A stretch of 40,892 bases of DNA from Ferruginibacter sp. (GTDB lineage: Bacteria > Bacteroidota > Bacteroidia > Chitinophagales > Chitinophagaceae). The stretch spans positions 1 through 40,892 of the forward strand of contig JAYUBR010000641.1 in assembly GCA_043740775.1 (NCBI GenBank), in the 5' to 3' direction. This document shows, piece by piece, positions 9,387-18,708 of this stretch. The notes under the pieces are model-generated. The model ran no database searches and was not told the DNA's origin. It saw only the letters and a list, made by a program, of their open reading frames with translations. Every line of letters begins with the position of its first letter. The stretch's first letter is position 1. A program made the translations under genes and the position numbers.

Positions 9387-10132
9387 GCGTTTGGTTTAAA
9401 CAGGTTCCAGGTATAGATTTTCCGTTTGGATAAAAAGTACAGCACAGAAACCTTTAACACCCCCAGACCATATACAATGCTTCGTTGCAAATTAATTGAT
9501 GACGCTTCTTCAAAATATTTTGTAGGGCAGGTAATTTCACCAATTTCAAATCCGCCATTGAAAATCTGTGCTACCACCTGGTTGTCAAAAATAAAATCAT
9601 CTGAATTTAATCCATACTGTATTGAACACAATACCTCCGAAGAGAAAGCCCGGTAACCAGTGTGATACTCCGAAAGCTTTTGCCCCATCAGGATATTCTG
9701 AATAAGCGTTAAAAACCTGTTTGCAAAATATTTGTATAAAGGCATCCCCCCTTTAAGCGCACCTGAGCCCAATATTCTTGATGCAAAAACAACCGGGTAC
9801 AATCCTTCGGCGATAATGGATGACATTGCAACGATCAGCTTTGGCGTGTACTGGTAATCGGGATGTAACATGATAATGATGTCTGCCTTCAATTCCATTG
9901 CCTTGTCGTAACAGGATTTTTGATTTGCTCCATAACCTTTATTCTTGTCATGAATAATCACATGCTGTATTCCAAGCTCATGAGTCAATTTTACCGTATC
10001 ATCTGTACTGTTGTCATCGCACAAAATAACTTCATCAACAATTTCCATCGGGATTTCGTCAAATGTTTTTTTTAATGTTTTCGCTGCATTGAATGCCGGC
10101 AAAATCACTACAACCTTTTTATTCTTAACCAT
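9383..10132 (-). CDS. GT2 of the DPM1 / polyprenol-phosphate glycosyltransferase type
   Basis: VVVILPAFNA, CDDNSTD, NKGYGANQK, MLHPDYQY, ASR, SEYHTGYRAFS, FIFDNQ. Confidence 0.88.
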   Translation of the reverse strand: MVKNKKVVVILPAFNAAKTLKKTFDEIPMEIVDEVILCDDNSTDDTVKLTHELGIQHVIIHDKNKGYGANQKSCYDKAMELKADIIIMLHPDYQYTPKLIVAMSSIIAEGLYPVVFASRILGSGALKGGMPLYKYFANRFLTLIQNILMGQKLSEYHTGYRAFSSEVLCSIQYGLNSDDFIFDNQVVAQIFNGGFEIGEITCPTKYFEEASSINLQRSIVYGLGVLKVSVLYFLSKRKIYTWNLFKPNA

Positions 10133-10230
10133 TTAATTGTTATATTTTTTATACGCCTAAATACTAACATCCTTACAAAAGGAGATCATTTCATTCCATT
10201 TATTTTTTCAGGTTTATTTGGTTTTGCATT

Positions 10231-11277
10231 TTATGTTTTGGCATCCAATTGATTTGTCCTTATGATGATGGCACGATATTTAAATTCAAGAGCCTTTTTT
10301 TCTATGAGGTGCCATGACAGCATTCCAAACAGAATAGAGATCGGTAATGATATTGCCATCAATTGCAGATATTTCAAACTAAAAAAATACATCAATGTTT
10401 GCTGTATAGGAAAGCTATAGATATAAACTCCATAAGAAATGTCGCCAAACCGATCTGATAAGGAATGAATGTACCTGGTTGATGAAACACCAGCCAATAT
10501 GACAAGCAGCGGTAATAAAATAAACTGCCCATAATAGAAGATGTTGCAATAAAAGGACAGGCAAAAAGCAACACATACAGCGAGGAAAAAGAAAGTTTTA
10601 TTTGAACTATTTTCAAGACGAAGGACCGCCAATATAGATCCTCCAATAAAAAACAAACCGAGATACAATGATTTGGAGTTACCTAAGGCGATACCCCCGG
10701 CACCTAAATTTTGGAACAAAAAATATTTAAAAACCAATAGAAATATAAAAATGCAAGTTAATATTTTTTTTAGAAAACATTTCCTTTTACGAAAAAAAAA
10801 CAGTAGGGAGATTAAAATGTAAAATGAAAATTCATACCGGATGGTCCATAACGAGCCATTTATCGCAGCCCCTTTTAGCACTCCGTTGATATCAAACTGA
10901 AGGTTATAAAGTGACAGATTATTTGGCAAATAACACCACATAGAATAATTTTTAAAATAATTACCCCATTTATTATCGTATACAAAATATCCTAAACAAA
11001 CAGTAAGTACGAGTACGAAGATAAGCCCTGGAAAAAGTCGCAAAAATCTTTTTTTGAAATAGCTTGCCAGGGAACTGCTTCTCAGCATGCTTTGAAAGAT
11101 TAAATATCCGCTGATAATAAAAAACCCTGCAACTCCCAAGTAAGAAAAAGAAGTTTGGCCACCGGTAAGCTGAGCAATTAAATCATTTTCATCGATGCCT
11201 GATAAAGAGTAAGAATGAGTAATTACTACAAAAATGGCAAATAGTAACCTGAGAAAATCAAAATTATTTTTATGCAT
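10231..11277 (-). CDS. Acyltransferase-3 (OafA/YrhL-type) membrane O-acyltransferase
   Basis: NNFDFLRLLFA..V..H, FFIISGYLI, KRFLRLFP, NGSLWTIRYE, GDISYGVYIY, SWHLIEK. Confidence 0.93.
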   Translation of the reverse strand: MHKNNFDFLRLLFAIFVVITHSYSLSGIDENDLIAQLTGGQTSFSYLGVAGFFIISGYLIFQSMLRSSSLASYFKKRFLRLFPGLIFVLVLTVCLGYFVYDNKWGNYFKNYSMWCYLPNNLSLYNLQFDINGVLKGAAINGSLWTIRYEFSFYILISLLFFFRKRKCFLKKILTCIFIFLLVFKYFLFQNLGAGGIALGNSKSLYLGLFFIGGSILAVLRLENSSNKTFFFLAVCVAFCLSFYCNIFYYGQFILLPLLVILAGVSSTRYIHSLSDRFGDISYGVYIYSFPIQQTLMYFFSLKYLQLMAISLPISILFGMLSWHLIEKKALEFKYRAIIIRTNQLDAKT

Positions 11278-11308
11278 TTTTTATGCCCTCAATTAATTAA
11301 TTCCAGCA

Positions 11309-12592
11309 TCATCCTATTTTTTGTAAAAGCATTACCAACTTTTCAGTAACCCGTTTTGCGGTAAAATCCTGAAACAGTGTATAATTCACCAAATTGGGGG
11401 AAAACCTTTGCAGGGATGAAATATAATTTGTGAATACAGCTACAAAACTTGTTACGATCTTATCAATGTCATCTTCTCCATCAAAATCCAAAACAATGCC
11501 TGCTCCGGAAGTTCTTAAGACAGTTACAGCGGTACTTTGTGTATGCAACACTGCCAGTACAGGTTTTTGAGACAATACAGCCTGGTAAGTTTTAGAGGGC
11601 GTATAATGAGCCTCTGTACTTCCCAAAATAAAAACGCCATCCGCTATCTTCAGGTGAACCAGTACGTCCAAATATGGAATTCGCTTAGGGTATTCGAAAA
11701 CAATGGTGTTCCATAGTCCATAATCTTCTGCCATTAATTTTATATTGTATCCCAAAGGATCGTTCGGCGTTTTTCCTGTTCCAATAAAATGAAATTCTAT
11801 CTCAGAAAACAACGCTCTATCCGCAGCGATAGCTTTAAAGATAGCCGCTAATGGAGCAAAGGCTTTTGGCAACATAGCACCGGCGTAGACCAATTTAAAT
11901 TTATTTGTTTTCTGAAACAGGTAAGGACTTAATTGCAGTTCTTGTAATATTTTATAATCCTGCGCTTCACCGCCATATGGCATGGCACCAAAAATACAAG
12001 AACCATTTAAGCCGGGATTACGCTCCTGCACTCCTTTGTAATAACCTTCTGCTACACCAGTTATTAATGCCGCTTTTTTTATTGCGACTGGCTCCAGAAT
12101 CTTTGCCAATTGTGTGCTAAACCAATGCCGTGAAAATATTTTATCCGAACCTGGAAATTCATGTACCCATGGATCAATATAATCAATCCCGTATTTTACT
12201 CCGGTAGAATGATACAGCCATCTGCCCAGCAAAGCGCAATAAAAAGAGGGAATGGGTATATAAACAAAATCAATCTTTTCAGATTGTATCAGTTGCTTTG
12301 CTTTTTTGTACAATTGAAAAAAAGCCCGCAGGCCAAGATCGCCCACTAACCTTGTTTTGGTAACTGCAAAAGCGCTTACTTTTTCGATACGAAGGCCCTC
12401 TGGTAATAATTTTTCCAGGTTATGATCCAGGGCTTCTTCATAGTGTCTTTCATGCACGGTTAATACAACCGGTTCCCAGCCAAAGGCAGGAAGATGTTGC
12501 CCAAACAGCCTGCTGCGGTGAACTGCCGCCAGATTGGAAGGAGGAAAATGTGGCGATATGATGAGGATTTTTTTGATAGTAACTAAAGACAA
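11309..12592 (-). CDS. GT-B (GT4-like) glycosyltransferase; start uncertain, TTG at 12592 chosen
   Basis: KKILIISPHFPPSNLAAVHR, IDYIDPW, LVYAG, YTPSKTYQAVLSQKPVL. Confidence 0.82.
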   Translation of the reverse strand: MSLVTIKKILIISPHFPPSNLAAVHRSRLFGQHLPAFGWEPVVLTVHERHYEEALDHNLEKLLPEGLRIEKVSAFAVTKTRLVGDLGLRAFFQLYKKAKQLIQSEKIDFVYIPIPSFYCALLGRWLYHSTGVKYGIDYIDPWVHEFPGSDKIFSRHWFSTQLAKILEPVAIKKAALITGVAEGYYKGVQERNPGLNGSCIFGAMPYGGEAQDYKILQELQLSPYLFQKTNKFKLVYAGAMLPKAFAPLAAIFKAIAADRALFSEIEFHFIGTGKTPNDPLGYNIKLMAEDYGLWNTIVFEYPKRIPYLDVLVHLKIADGVFILGSTEAHYTPSKTYQAVLSQKPVLAVLHTQSTAVTVLRTSGAGIVLDFDGEDDIDKIVTSFVAVFTNYISSLQRFSPNLVNYTLFQDFTAKRVTEKLVMLLQKIG

Positions 12593-12640
12593 TATGCAAA
12601 AGTGTAGTAGGCAAACTGATTCAAAAGGCAAAAAGCAATG

Positions 12641-12716
12641 GGCAAACGCAACGAGGCTCCAGGCATCCAGGCAGCGTCCACAGCCAGGCTATATTCGTTT
12701 GCCTTGGGCGTTGCGT
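12641..12716. repeat. GC-rich intergenic palindromic element (REP/MITE-like or structured leader)
   Basis: ggcaaacg 12641-12648 pairs with cgtttgcc 12696-12703; acgcaacg 12646-12653 pairs with cgttgcgt 12709-12716; the interior has three ccaggc copies. Confidence 0.4.
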
Positions 12717-12819
12717 ACAACTGAGACAAAAATAACCCGTCCACCGCAACATCCTCCGCCCCGCTCAGGCTTTTTGAGTGTCGTTGACATAGAGTAAGAA
12801 ATACCTAATTTTTTTTCAT

Positions 12820-13593
12820 TTATATATATATATCCCCCCAACATGAAGAATTAAATATTTTCTCATTTAAAAAGTCATCCATCCTGTCAGAACCGATCCA
12901 GTAATCTAATTCAAGTTTTATATTATCGCCTAGGCAATAATTAAATTCCGCACATGGATTTAATTGAATTATATGACTGATGCAATTTTTCAATATATCA
13001 AAACTTTCCGGCAGCATAAATTCAAATGAAATAAATTCAATGTTACTACGCAAACCTTTTAGAACTTCATATTCATAAGTTTCTACATCAATTTTACAAA
13101 ACTTAGGTATGCCATATTTTTCAATTAATAAATCAAGTGTTTTAATCTCAATCCATTTTTTATAAATCCATTTTGTTTCTGAAAACCTCCCTGCTTTAGC
13201 TTCTTCCACCCATTCTTTTGAAAAAGTGGATAGAGAGCTTGCATTATTAATAAACATTTCCAGAGTACCCTGCTTCGCCCCAATACCACAATTCTCAAGT
13301 TGTATTTTTTTGCCGTATTTGAACTGCAAATATTTATAACAATCTTTTTGAGGCTCTACCGCAACCACTTTGGCACCTAATGTTAAAAATATTCCTGTTC
13401 GGTGCCCTTTATGGGCGCCAATATCAAAAACCAAATCACCTTTTTGAATAAATTGAGAATAGAACTCTACATATTTTTGTCCCTCCAGAAGGGCATTTTT
13501 ATAATATTTAGTTGGAAAATAATTTTCTCGTAAAACATGTAAATATGGTAACAGACCTATTTTTTTTGTTATCGCAACAAAGAACTTTTTCAT
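12820..13593 (-). CDS. FkbM-family SAM-dependent methyltransferase
   Basis: VFDIGAHKG, VVAVEP, TLDLL, CKIDVETYEYEVLKG. Confidence 0.9.
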   Translation of the reverse strand: MKKFFVAITKKIGLLPYLHVLRENYFPTKYYKNALLEGQKYVEFYSQFIQKGDLVFDIGAHKGHRTGIFLTLGAKVVAVEPQKDCYKYLQFKYGKKIQLENCGIGAKQGTLEMFINNASSLSTFSKEWVEEAKAGRFSETKWIYKKWIEIKTLDLLIEKYGIPKFCKIDVETYEYEVLKGLRSNIEFISFEFMLPESFDILKNCISHIIQLNPCAEFNYCLGDNIKLELDYWIGSDRMDDFLNEKIFNSSCWGDIYI

Positions 13594-13732
13594 ATAAATA
13601 CAATTACGGAATAATATTTTTGGAAATTAAAATCATTTACTATCGATAAAATTTAGTGTAAAACTGGGCTACCTGTTTTAGCACATCTACACTTCCATTT
13701 TTTGCTTATTTCATCAACGCTTTTTATTTCCA

Positions 13733-14556
13733 TTAATACTTCCTTATTACAATTAATGGAATGTTTCCTATTCTTGATGCCATATCAGAAAAAGAACTAA
13801 AATAGGATCCATAAATTTTGCAAGTATTTGCCAGGCTGTACAAGTCAACCATCGCATCCTGTATTCCTTTTACAGTTGCTCTTGAATAATCTTTTTTATA
13901 TGTTATGATTTTACCAGGGAATTTATTTATCAGGAGCGTTTCAACTTTTAGATCATCTGTAGCGAGGTAGAAATTTATTTCCGGATCTGCCATCAATTCA
14001 AGCCTCATCGCTGCTACAAGGCATGTAAGGGACTTTCCACAATTGATTGCAAATGGTCAGTTCTCCGGATATGTACACCAATTGTTTTATCGGTGAACCT
14101 TGCTGAATTTTTATTTATTTCAAACTGGATCGACTTTACCGGGGATAAGAATTTCAAATATGCTGTTTCAAAATGAAATTCATGGCAGGTTGAAAAGAAA
14201 TAATTTTTTACTTTAAAAGGAAGTTTTTTGTAATCAATAAAATTACTTCCTGTACTCCAGACAAATTCTTTTACATTCTTGTCAAAAAAAGTAAAATCTA
14301 TAGAATACAACCCACAAATTGCTTTATTAATCAACAGCGAGTTTTGACCTTTAATAAGCGTCTTCAGTATATAAGATTTATTTTTGACAATTATTTTTTC
14401 GTTTATCTCAAATAAATCGTTAAAGCTGCAAAAAAGTGACTTGTCTTTATTCCATATAATTGTCAGTCGATGATTTACTTTATCGGAAAAACTTAACCCT
14501 GAAACGATCACCCTGATTCTATTTGCGAGACCAGAATGAGGAGAAAGGTATATCAT
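13733..14556 (-). pseudogene. Fucosyltransferase-like (GT11/GT23/O-FucT-like) gene split by one apparent 1-nt deletion
   Basis: GLANRIR and IGVHIRRTD in 14014..14556; FYLATDD and SYFSSFS in 13733..14008. Adding one T at 14018-14019 gives ...ESPLHAFVAAMRLELM..., a continuous 274-aa protein. Confidence 0.8.
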
Positions 14557-14593
14557 TGATTCATTGATCTATTAACTAAAGAGAAAAATTGCA

Positions 14594-15385
14594 CTACCCT
14601 ATATCTTTATGAGCTGCTATCTCTAACCATTTATGAGATAATAAAGGAGCTTTTCTAATATTATAGATGTCATAATATAATAAAGATAATAACGATTGAT
14701 CTTGTCTGTGATTATCCCTGTTACTTCCCAATGGTGCAATTAAATTAATATCATTTGAAGCATTCAGCCATTTATTTACTAAAATATTATTTTTTTCTAT
14801 GCCAACTTTCAAACCCAGCACTCCTCCTGAAAGCATTTTTTTATTTTCGTGATTGGTTAAGCCCATTTCCTTAATAGTGAATGAATAGGTCAATTCTTTA
14901 ATTTTTGGTCCAGAAAATGGACTATAAAAGCCTCTAAAATAAATAGCAGCCTTAACTAAAAAAAGTGGTTTATGAACAAAGCACCCTGCATCTAACCATA
15001 AGACATAACTTCCTCTTGATAACAAATTATACTCTATATTTATTATGGCGGGTTTCCAGGCATAGTTACCTGAATTTAATTTTATATTATAATATTGAGG
15101 GAAATTATTAAAATCAAATTTCTTAATAAGTAATTCAGGATGCAAATATTTAAAAAAAATAAGTTCATCATTTGTAAATCCCAAATCATACACAATTAAA
15201 TTGAAATTTACTTTTTCAATAATTTTTAAACTGTTTATCAATTGTAATAAACTTCTATAGTGTGTTGTATCTGCTCCAGTAATAACATTGATTACTTTTT
15301 TCCTAAGAAAGAAGAAAGAAAACATTATATTTGAAATTACTGAAATTAAATTACGAAATCTTGACAGGAAACTATAATCTCTCAT
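14594..15385 (-). CDS. DUF1647-like protein, putative GT-A-type sugar transferase
   Basis: IVYDLG, YAWKPAII, VLWLDAG, HRQDQSLLSLL motifs. Confidence 0.7.
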   Translation of the reverse strand: MRDYSFLSRFRNLISVISNIMFSFFFLRKKVINVITGADTTHYRSLLQLINSLKIIEKVNFNLIVYDLGFTNDELIFFKYLHPELLIKKFDFNNFPQYYNIKLNSGNYAWKPAIINIEYNLLSRGSYVLWLDAGCFVHKPLFLVKAAIYFRGFYSPFSGPKIKELTYSFTIKEMGLTNHENKKMLSGGVLGLKVGIEKNNILVNKWLNASNDINLIAPLGSNRDNHRQDQSLLSLLYYDIYNIRKAPLLSHKWLEIAAHKDIG

Positions 15386-15399
15386 TTTTTTGAACGTAT

Positions 15400-17643
15400 T
15401 TAATAAAATAAACTATCAACTATTTGCAAAAAATTCCCACTTTCATTTTCCCAGTTTAGGGTAGATTGAGCAAGTTCTGATGCATTCATTTTAAAAGTAT
15501 GCATTTGTTCACGGTTGTAAAAAAATTGTTTTATTTGTTTAGCAAGATCTTCCGGATCATTGTATTTATATAATAACCCCACTCCAGGGTATGCAATTAT
15601 GAATTCCTTTTGTGCAGAAGTATCAGAAGCAAGAATACAATTTCCGGCAAGCAGATAGGTAAATATTTTATTAGTAAGACAGATATCCCTGTTTAAACAA
15701 TGTGGTATTTCAGCTGCAAGACCAATGTCATGGTATGCCGCTATTTTAAACACCTGCTCAGGAATAACAGGATTAATAATTTTTATATTACCAGGGCGGG
15801 TTGATCTTTTCAACATTTTTTTTACATATTTTTTATCGAATATATTTCCCATCAGTGTTAATGATATATTTTCCTCCATTAAATTCAATGCATCTGTTAT
15901 AACTTCCAAACCTCGGTTCGGTCCTACGTTTTGAGAGAACCAGAAAAGCTTTAAATTTTGTTCCTTACCATTGCTACATGGTTGGAGATAATTTTTGCTG
16001 AACACATTATTAATGGTAACCACTTTCTTTCCGGGGTATAGTTGCTGATACCTTCTGGATATTAAGGGGCTGGCCGTTGTAATTAAATTAACTTTTGGCA
16101 ACAACCTGTCTTCTATTTCTATCACATCTTTTACCTGGCCCGGGTAATAAGACTCTTCGCCCCGGTGAAAGTCTTCTGCATCAAAAATTATTGCCGCTTT
16201 ATGCTTTTTGGAAGCCCTGATGGCTGCAGGTAACGCCCCCAGGTAATGCGCTATATAGATATCCGCTTTATATTTTTTTATACCTGCCCATAAAAAAAGT
16301 GATGACCTTACAAAAGTGATCTCTTTTAAAAAGAAAACCGGGATCAACCTTGCAATATAGCTGCATAGTTTAAATAATATCCTGGAAAAAAAGTAAGCCT
16401 TTTTTTTATTATCAGGGTTCCCTCCTACCAGTTTAAAATCATTTTTGTTAAGCACACCCGATTTAAATTTCTGTTCATCGATTTTGTAGGACCATTCTGC
16501 AGAATAGGTGTACAATACTTTTACCTGGTAACCTGCTTTTTTTAGTGCTTCATATTCCTTTACAACTCTTGGATTAGCAGCTGGCTGGCCTGTTGTTACA
16601 ATTACAACTGATTTTTCAGGTGATTTTACAAAGGCAAGATATTCTTTTGCAACTACCGATGCATCAAATCTTTTTTTTGCATATTCCCTGCATAGCTGCC
16701 TGTCAATACCCGCTACTCTTTTTACAGCTTCCAGCATTTCATCTATGCCATTCGTTTTATAACCTGTAATGCCTTCATCAATTACTTCATTTACCGATCC
16801 CCTGTTATATCCAATTACCGGAGTGCCACATGCCATTGCCTCTATCATCACAATACCAAAGGGTTCGTTCCATTCAATGGGAAAAATGAGTGCCTTTGAT
16901 TTGCCGAGCCAATAATCTTTCTCCTCATCATTTAATGCACCGATGTATATGATCTGTTCGCCATCTGCATGCGGCTTTATTTCTTTTTCAAAATAGTCAA
17001 TCTCTTCGGGCAGTGTGGAAATATTACCGGCAATAATCAACCGGTGCCCGGTTTTTTTTGCCACTTCAATGGCCGTATGGCAGCCCTTTACTCTTTCCAG
17101 CCTTCCCAAAAACATCAGCGGTGCATTCGCGTCCACATTTTGCCGGAGCTGGTATTTTGAAAAAATAATGGCATTGTATATGGCTGCCCAGCTTCCGTGG
17201 CCCTCTATCCTTGATAAAAGATCAGTACTGCAGGCTGTAAAAAACAGGTTTTTATTAGGAAGTTTATTTATCAGCCATATATTTTGGTTGGTGATCTCCC
17301 GCTGATAAGACATAATTTTTTTAACAGGGTGATTCAGCAACGGAACCAGGTAAGCCAGCCTTCCAAAATTATGCACCAGGTCAAAATCATTGCGGTGCTT
17401 CCACAGAAACTGCCAGGCAGTTGGCAATGCTTTTATTGCATCCGTCTTTTTAGGAGGGAAGCCTTCTTTTCCAAAAGGGTAAACCGTGCATCCCGCTACA
17501 TAGGATCCGGTGGTAACAAACAGATGCACTTCATGCCCCATCGTTGTATATTCAATGGCTAGTATTTCCACCATCCTTTCAATACCACCATACCCGTTAG
17601 GTGGAACCAATATTCCGGGGTCCATCACTATCAAAATCTTCAT
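15400..17643 (-). CDS. Fusion of two GT4-type glycosyltransferase modules
   Basis: Module 1 (aa ~1-340): PPNGYGGIE, FLGRLERVKG, EPFGIVMIEAMACGTPV. Module 2 (aa ~345-747): TTGQPAANPRVVKE, FDAEDFH, RGLE, LTNKIFTYLLAG. Confidence 0.9.
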   Translation of the reverse strand: MKILIVMDPGILVPPNGYGGIERMVEILAIEYTTMGHEVHLFVTTGSYVAGCTVYPFGKEGFPPKKTDAIKALPTAWQFLWKHRNDFDLVHNFGRLAYLVPLLNHPVKKIMSYQREITNQNIWLINKLPNKNLFFTACSTDLLSRIEGHGSWAAIYNAIIFSKYQLRQNVDANAPLMFLGRLERVKGCHTAIEVAKKTGHRLIIAGNISTLPEEIDYFEKEIKPHADGEQIIYIGALNDEEKDYWLGKSKALIFPIEWNEPFGIVMIEAMACGTPVIGYNRGSVNEVIDEGITGYKTNGIDEMLEAVKRVAGIDRQLCREYAKKRFDASVVAKEYLAFVKSPEKSVVIVTTGQPAANPRVVKEYEALKKAGYQVKVLYTYSAEWSYKIDEQKFKSGVLNKNDFKLVGGNPDNKKKAYFFSRILFKLCSYIARLIPVFFLKEITFVRSSLFLWAGIKKYKADIYIAHYLGALPAAIRASKKHKAAIIFDAEDFHRGEESYYPGQVKDVIEIEDRLLPKVNLITTASPLISRRYQQLYPGKKVVTINNVFSKNYLQPCSNGKEQNLKLFWFSQNVGPNRGLEVITDALNLMEENISLTLMGNIFDKKYVKKMLKRSTRPGNIKIINPVIPEQVFKIAAYHDIGLAAEIPHCLNRDICLTNKIFTYLLAGNCILASDTSAQKEFIIAYPGVGLLYKYNDPEDLAKQIKQFFYNREQMHTFKMNASELAQSTLNWENESGNFLQIVDSLFY

Positions 17644-17703
17644 TCCCTGTTCAAATTTATTACTAACTTATTCATTAAAGCATTTTAAACTATCATTGCT
17701 GGC

Positions 17704-18678
17704 CTATTCATTTCCTGTTAAAAAAAGTCTTAATCTCCTGGCTCTTTTCCAGCCTATTAACCTGGATAACAAAATATATTTTTTACTCCCAATTATTTGA
17801 AGATTTGAACCTTTCAAATTTTTAATTTTTTTTTCTGTTTCCTGTAAGAGTTCCGGGTAACGGGGATAAAACTGGTATGCCCATCGCTGGTAAGTGTTTG
17901 CACATGCCAGACTGCTCCTGCTGTCGTTTTTAACTTCCAGTATTCTTTCAATACCAAGATTTAATGACTCAAAGGCAGATTGCATGTGCGCTTTGTTTTT
18001 TTTACCAGAAAGATTATTCAATACTCCACTCCTGTACATTAATATGGCTTGGTCACAAAATAATACAGACAAGCTATGTGATATAACCCTGATCATGTAA
18101 TCGAAATCATCAATCAGACTCAACTCTTCATTCCAGGGCCCTGCTTTTTCAATAATATTCCTGGGTACAAGAAATATCCCCGGCTGCATCATGTTTCCGC
18201 CTGAATCAAGTAAAGAATCAACTATCCAGTCAATACCGGGCAAATCCTTCCAAACCTTTTCAGGGGACAGTTTAAAATCAGAAAGATCATCTTCATAAAA
18301 CCTTCCCCATTTGGCCGAAGCAATACAATCGGGCTGATCAATAATTTTTAATACTTGTTCTTCAATACAAGTTCTGCTGATCAAATCATCTGCATCCATA
18401 AATTTTATAAACATACCATTACTCATAGCCAATGCAGTATTCCGGGCAGCTGCCGCTCCCCTGTTGGGCTGGGTAATGTATTTGAAGCTTGCACCATGGA
18501 TGCCTTTTAATATGCTGACTGTTCCATCTGTAGAACCATCATCTACCACAATTATTTCAATGTTGGAATAGGTTTGATTGATGATACTGTGGATGGTTTC
18601 GCTGATAAACTTTTCACTGTTATATGCAGGGATACAAACTGAAATAAGGGGATTAGATGCCAAAGATGTTGAATTCAT
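17704..18678 (-). CDS. GT2 glycosyltransferase
   Basis: ISVCIPAYN, VVDDGSTD, GAAAARN, FMDADD, IDDFDY. Confidence 0.92.
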   Translation of the reverse strand: MNSTSLASNPLISVCIPAYNSEKFISETIHSIINQTYSNIEIIVVDDGSTDGTVSILKGIHGASFKYITQPNRGAAAARNTALAMSNGMFIKFMDADDLISRTCIEEQVLKIIDQPDCIASAKWGRFYEDDLSDFKLSPEKVWKDLPGIDWIVDSLLDSGGNMMQPGIFLVPRNIIEKAGPWNEELSLIDDFDYMIRVISHSLSVLFCDQAILMYRSGVLNNLSGKKNKAHMQSAFESLNLGIERILEVKNDSRSSLACANTYQRWAYQFYPRYPELLQETEKKIKNLKGSNLQIIGSKKYILLSRLIGWKRARRLRLFLTGNE

Positions 18679-18708
18679 TATTTTAATTCCTGCGGGTTTA
18701 CCATCAAT

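Noticed and set aside
12597-12626. Possible Bacteroidota -33/-7 promoter on the minus strand (TTTG...CACTTTTG)
   Set aside because: Mismatch to the TAnnTTTG consensus and a 17-nt spacer; too weak to call.
12534-12797. 87-aa plus-strand ORF across the GC-rich intergenic element
   Set aside because: Low-complexity Pro/Arg/Gln product overlapping a GT start on the opposite strand; better explained by the non-coding element.
13653-13733. 26-aa ORF (MEIKSVDEISKKWKCRCAK...) starting in a TAATG overlap
   Set aside because: Too short and without recognisable similarity; it might be a gene remnant but I cannot support that.
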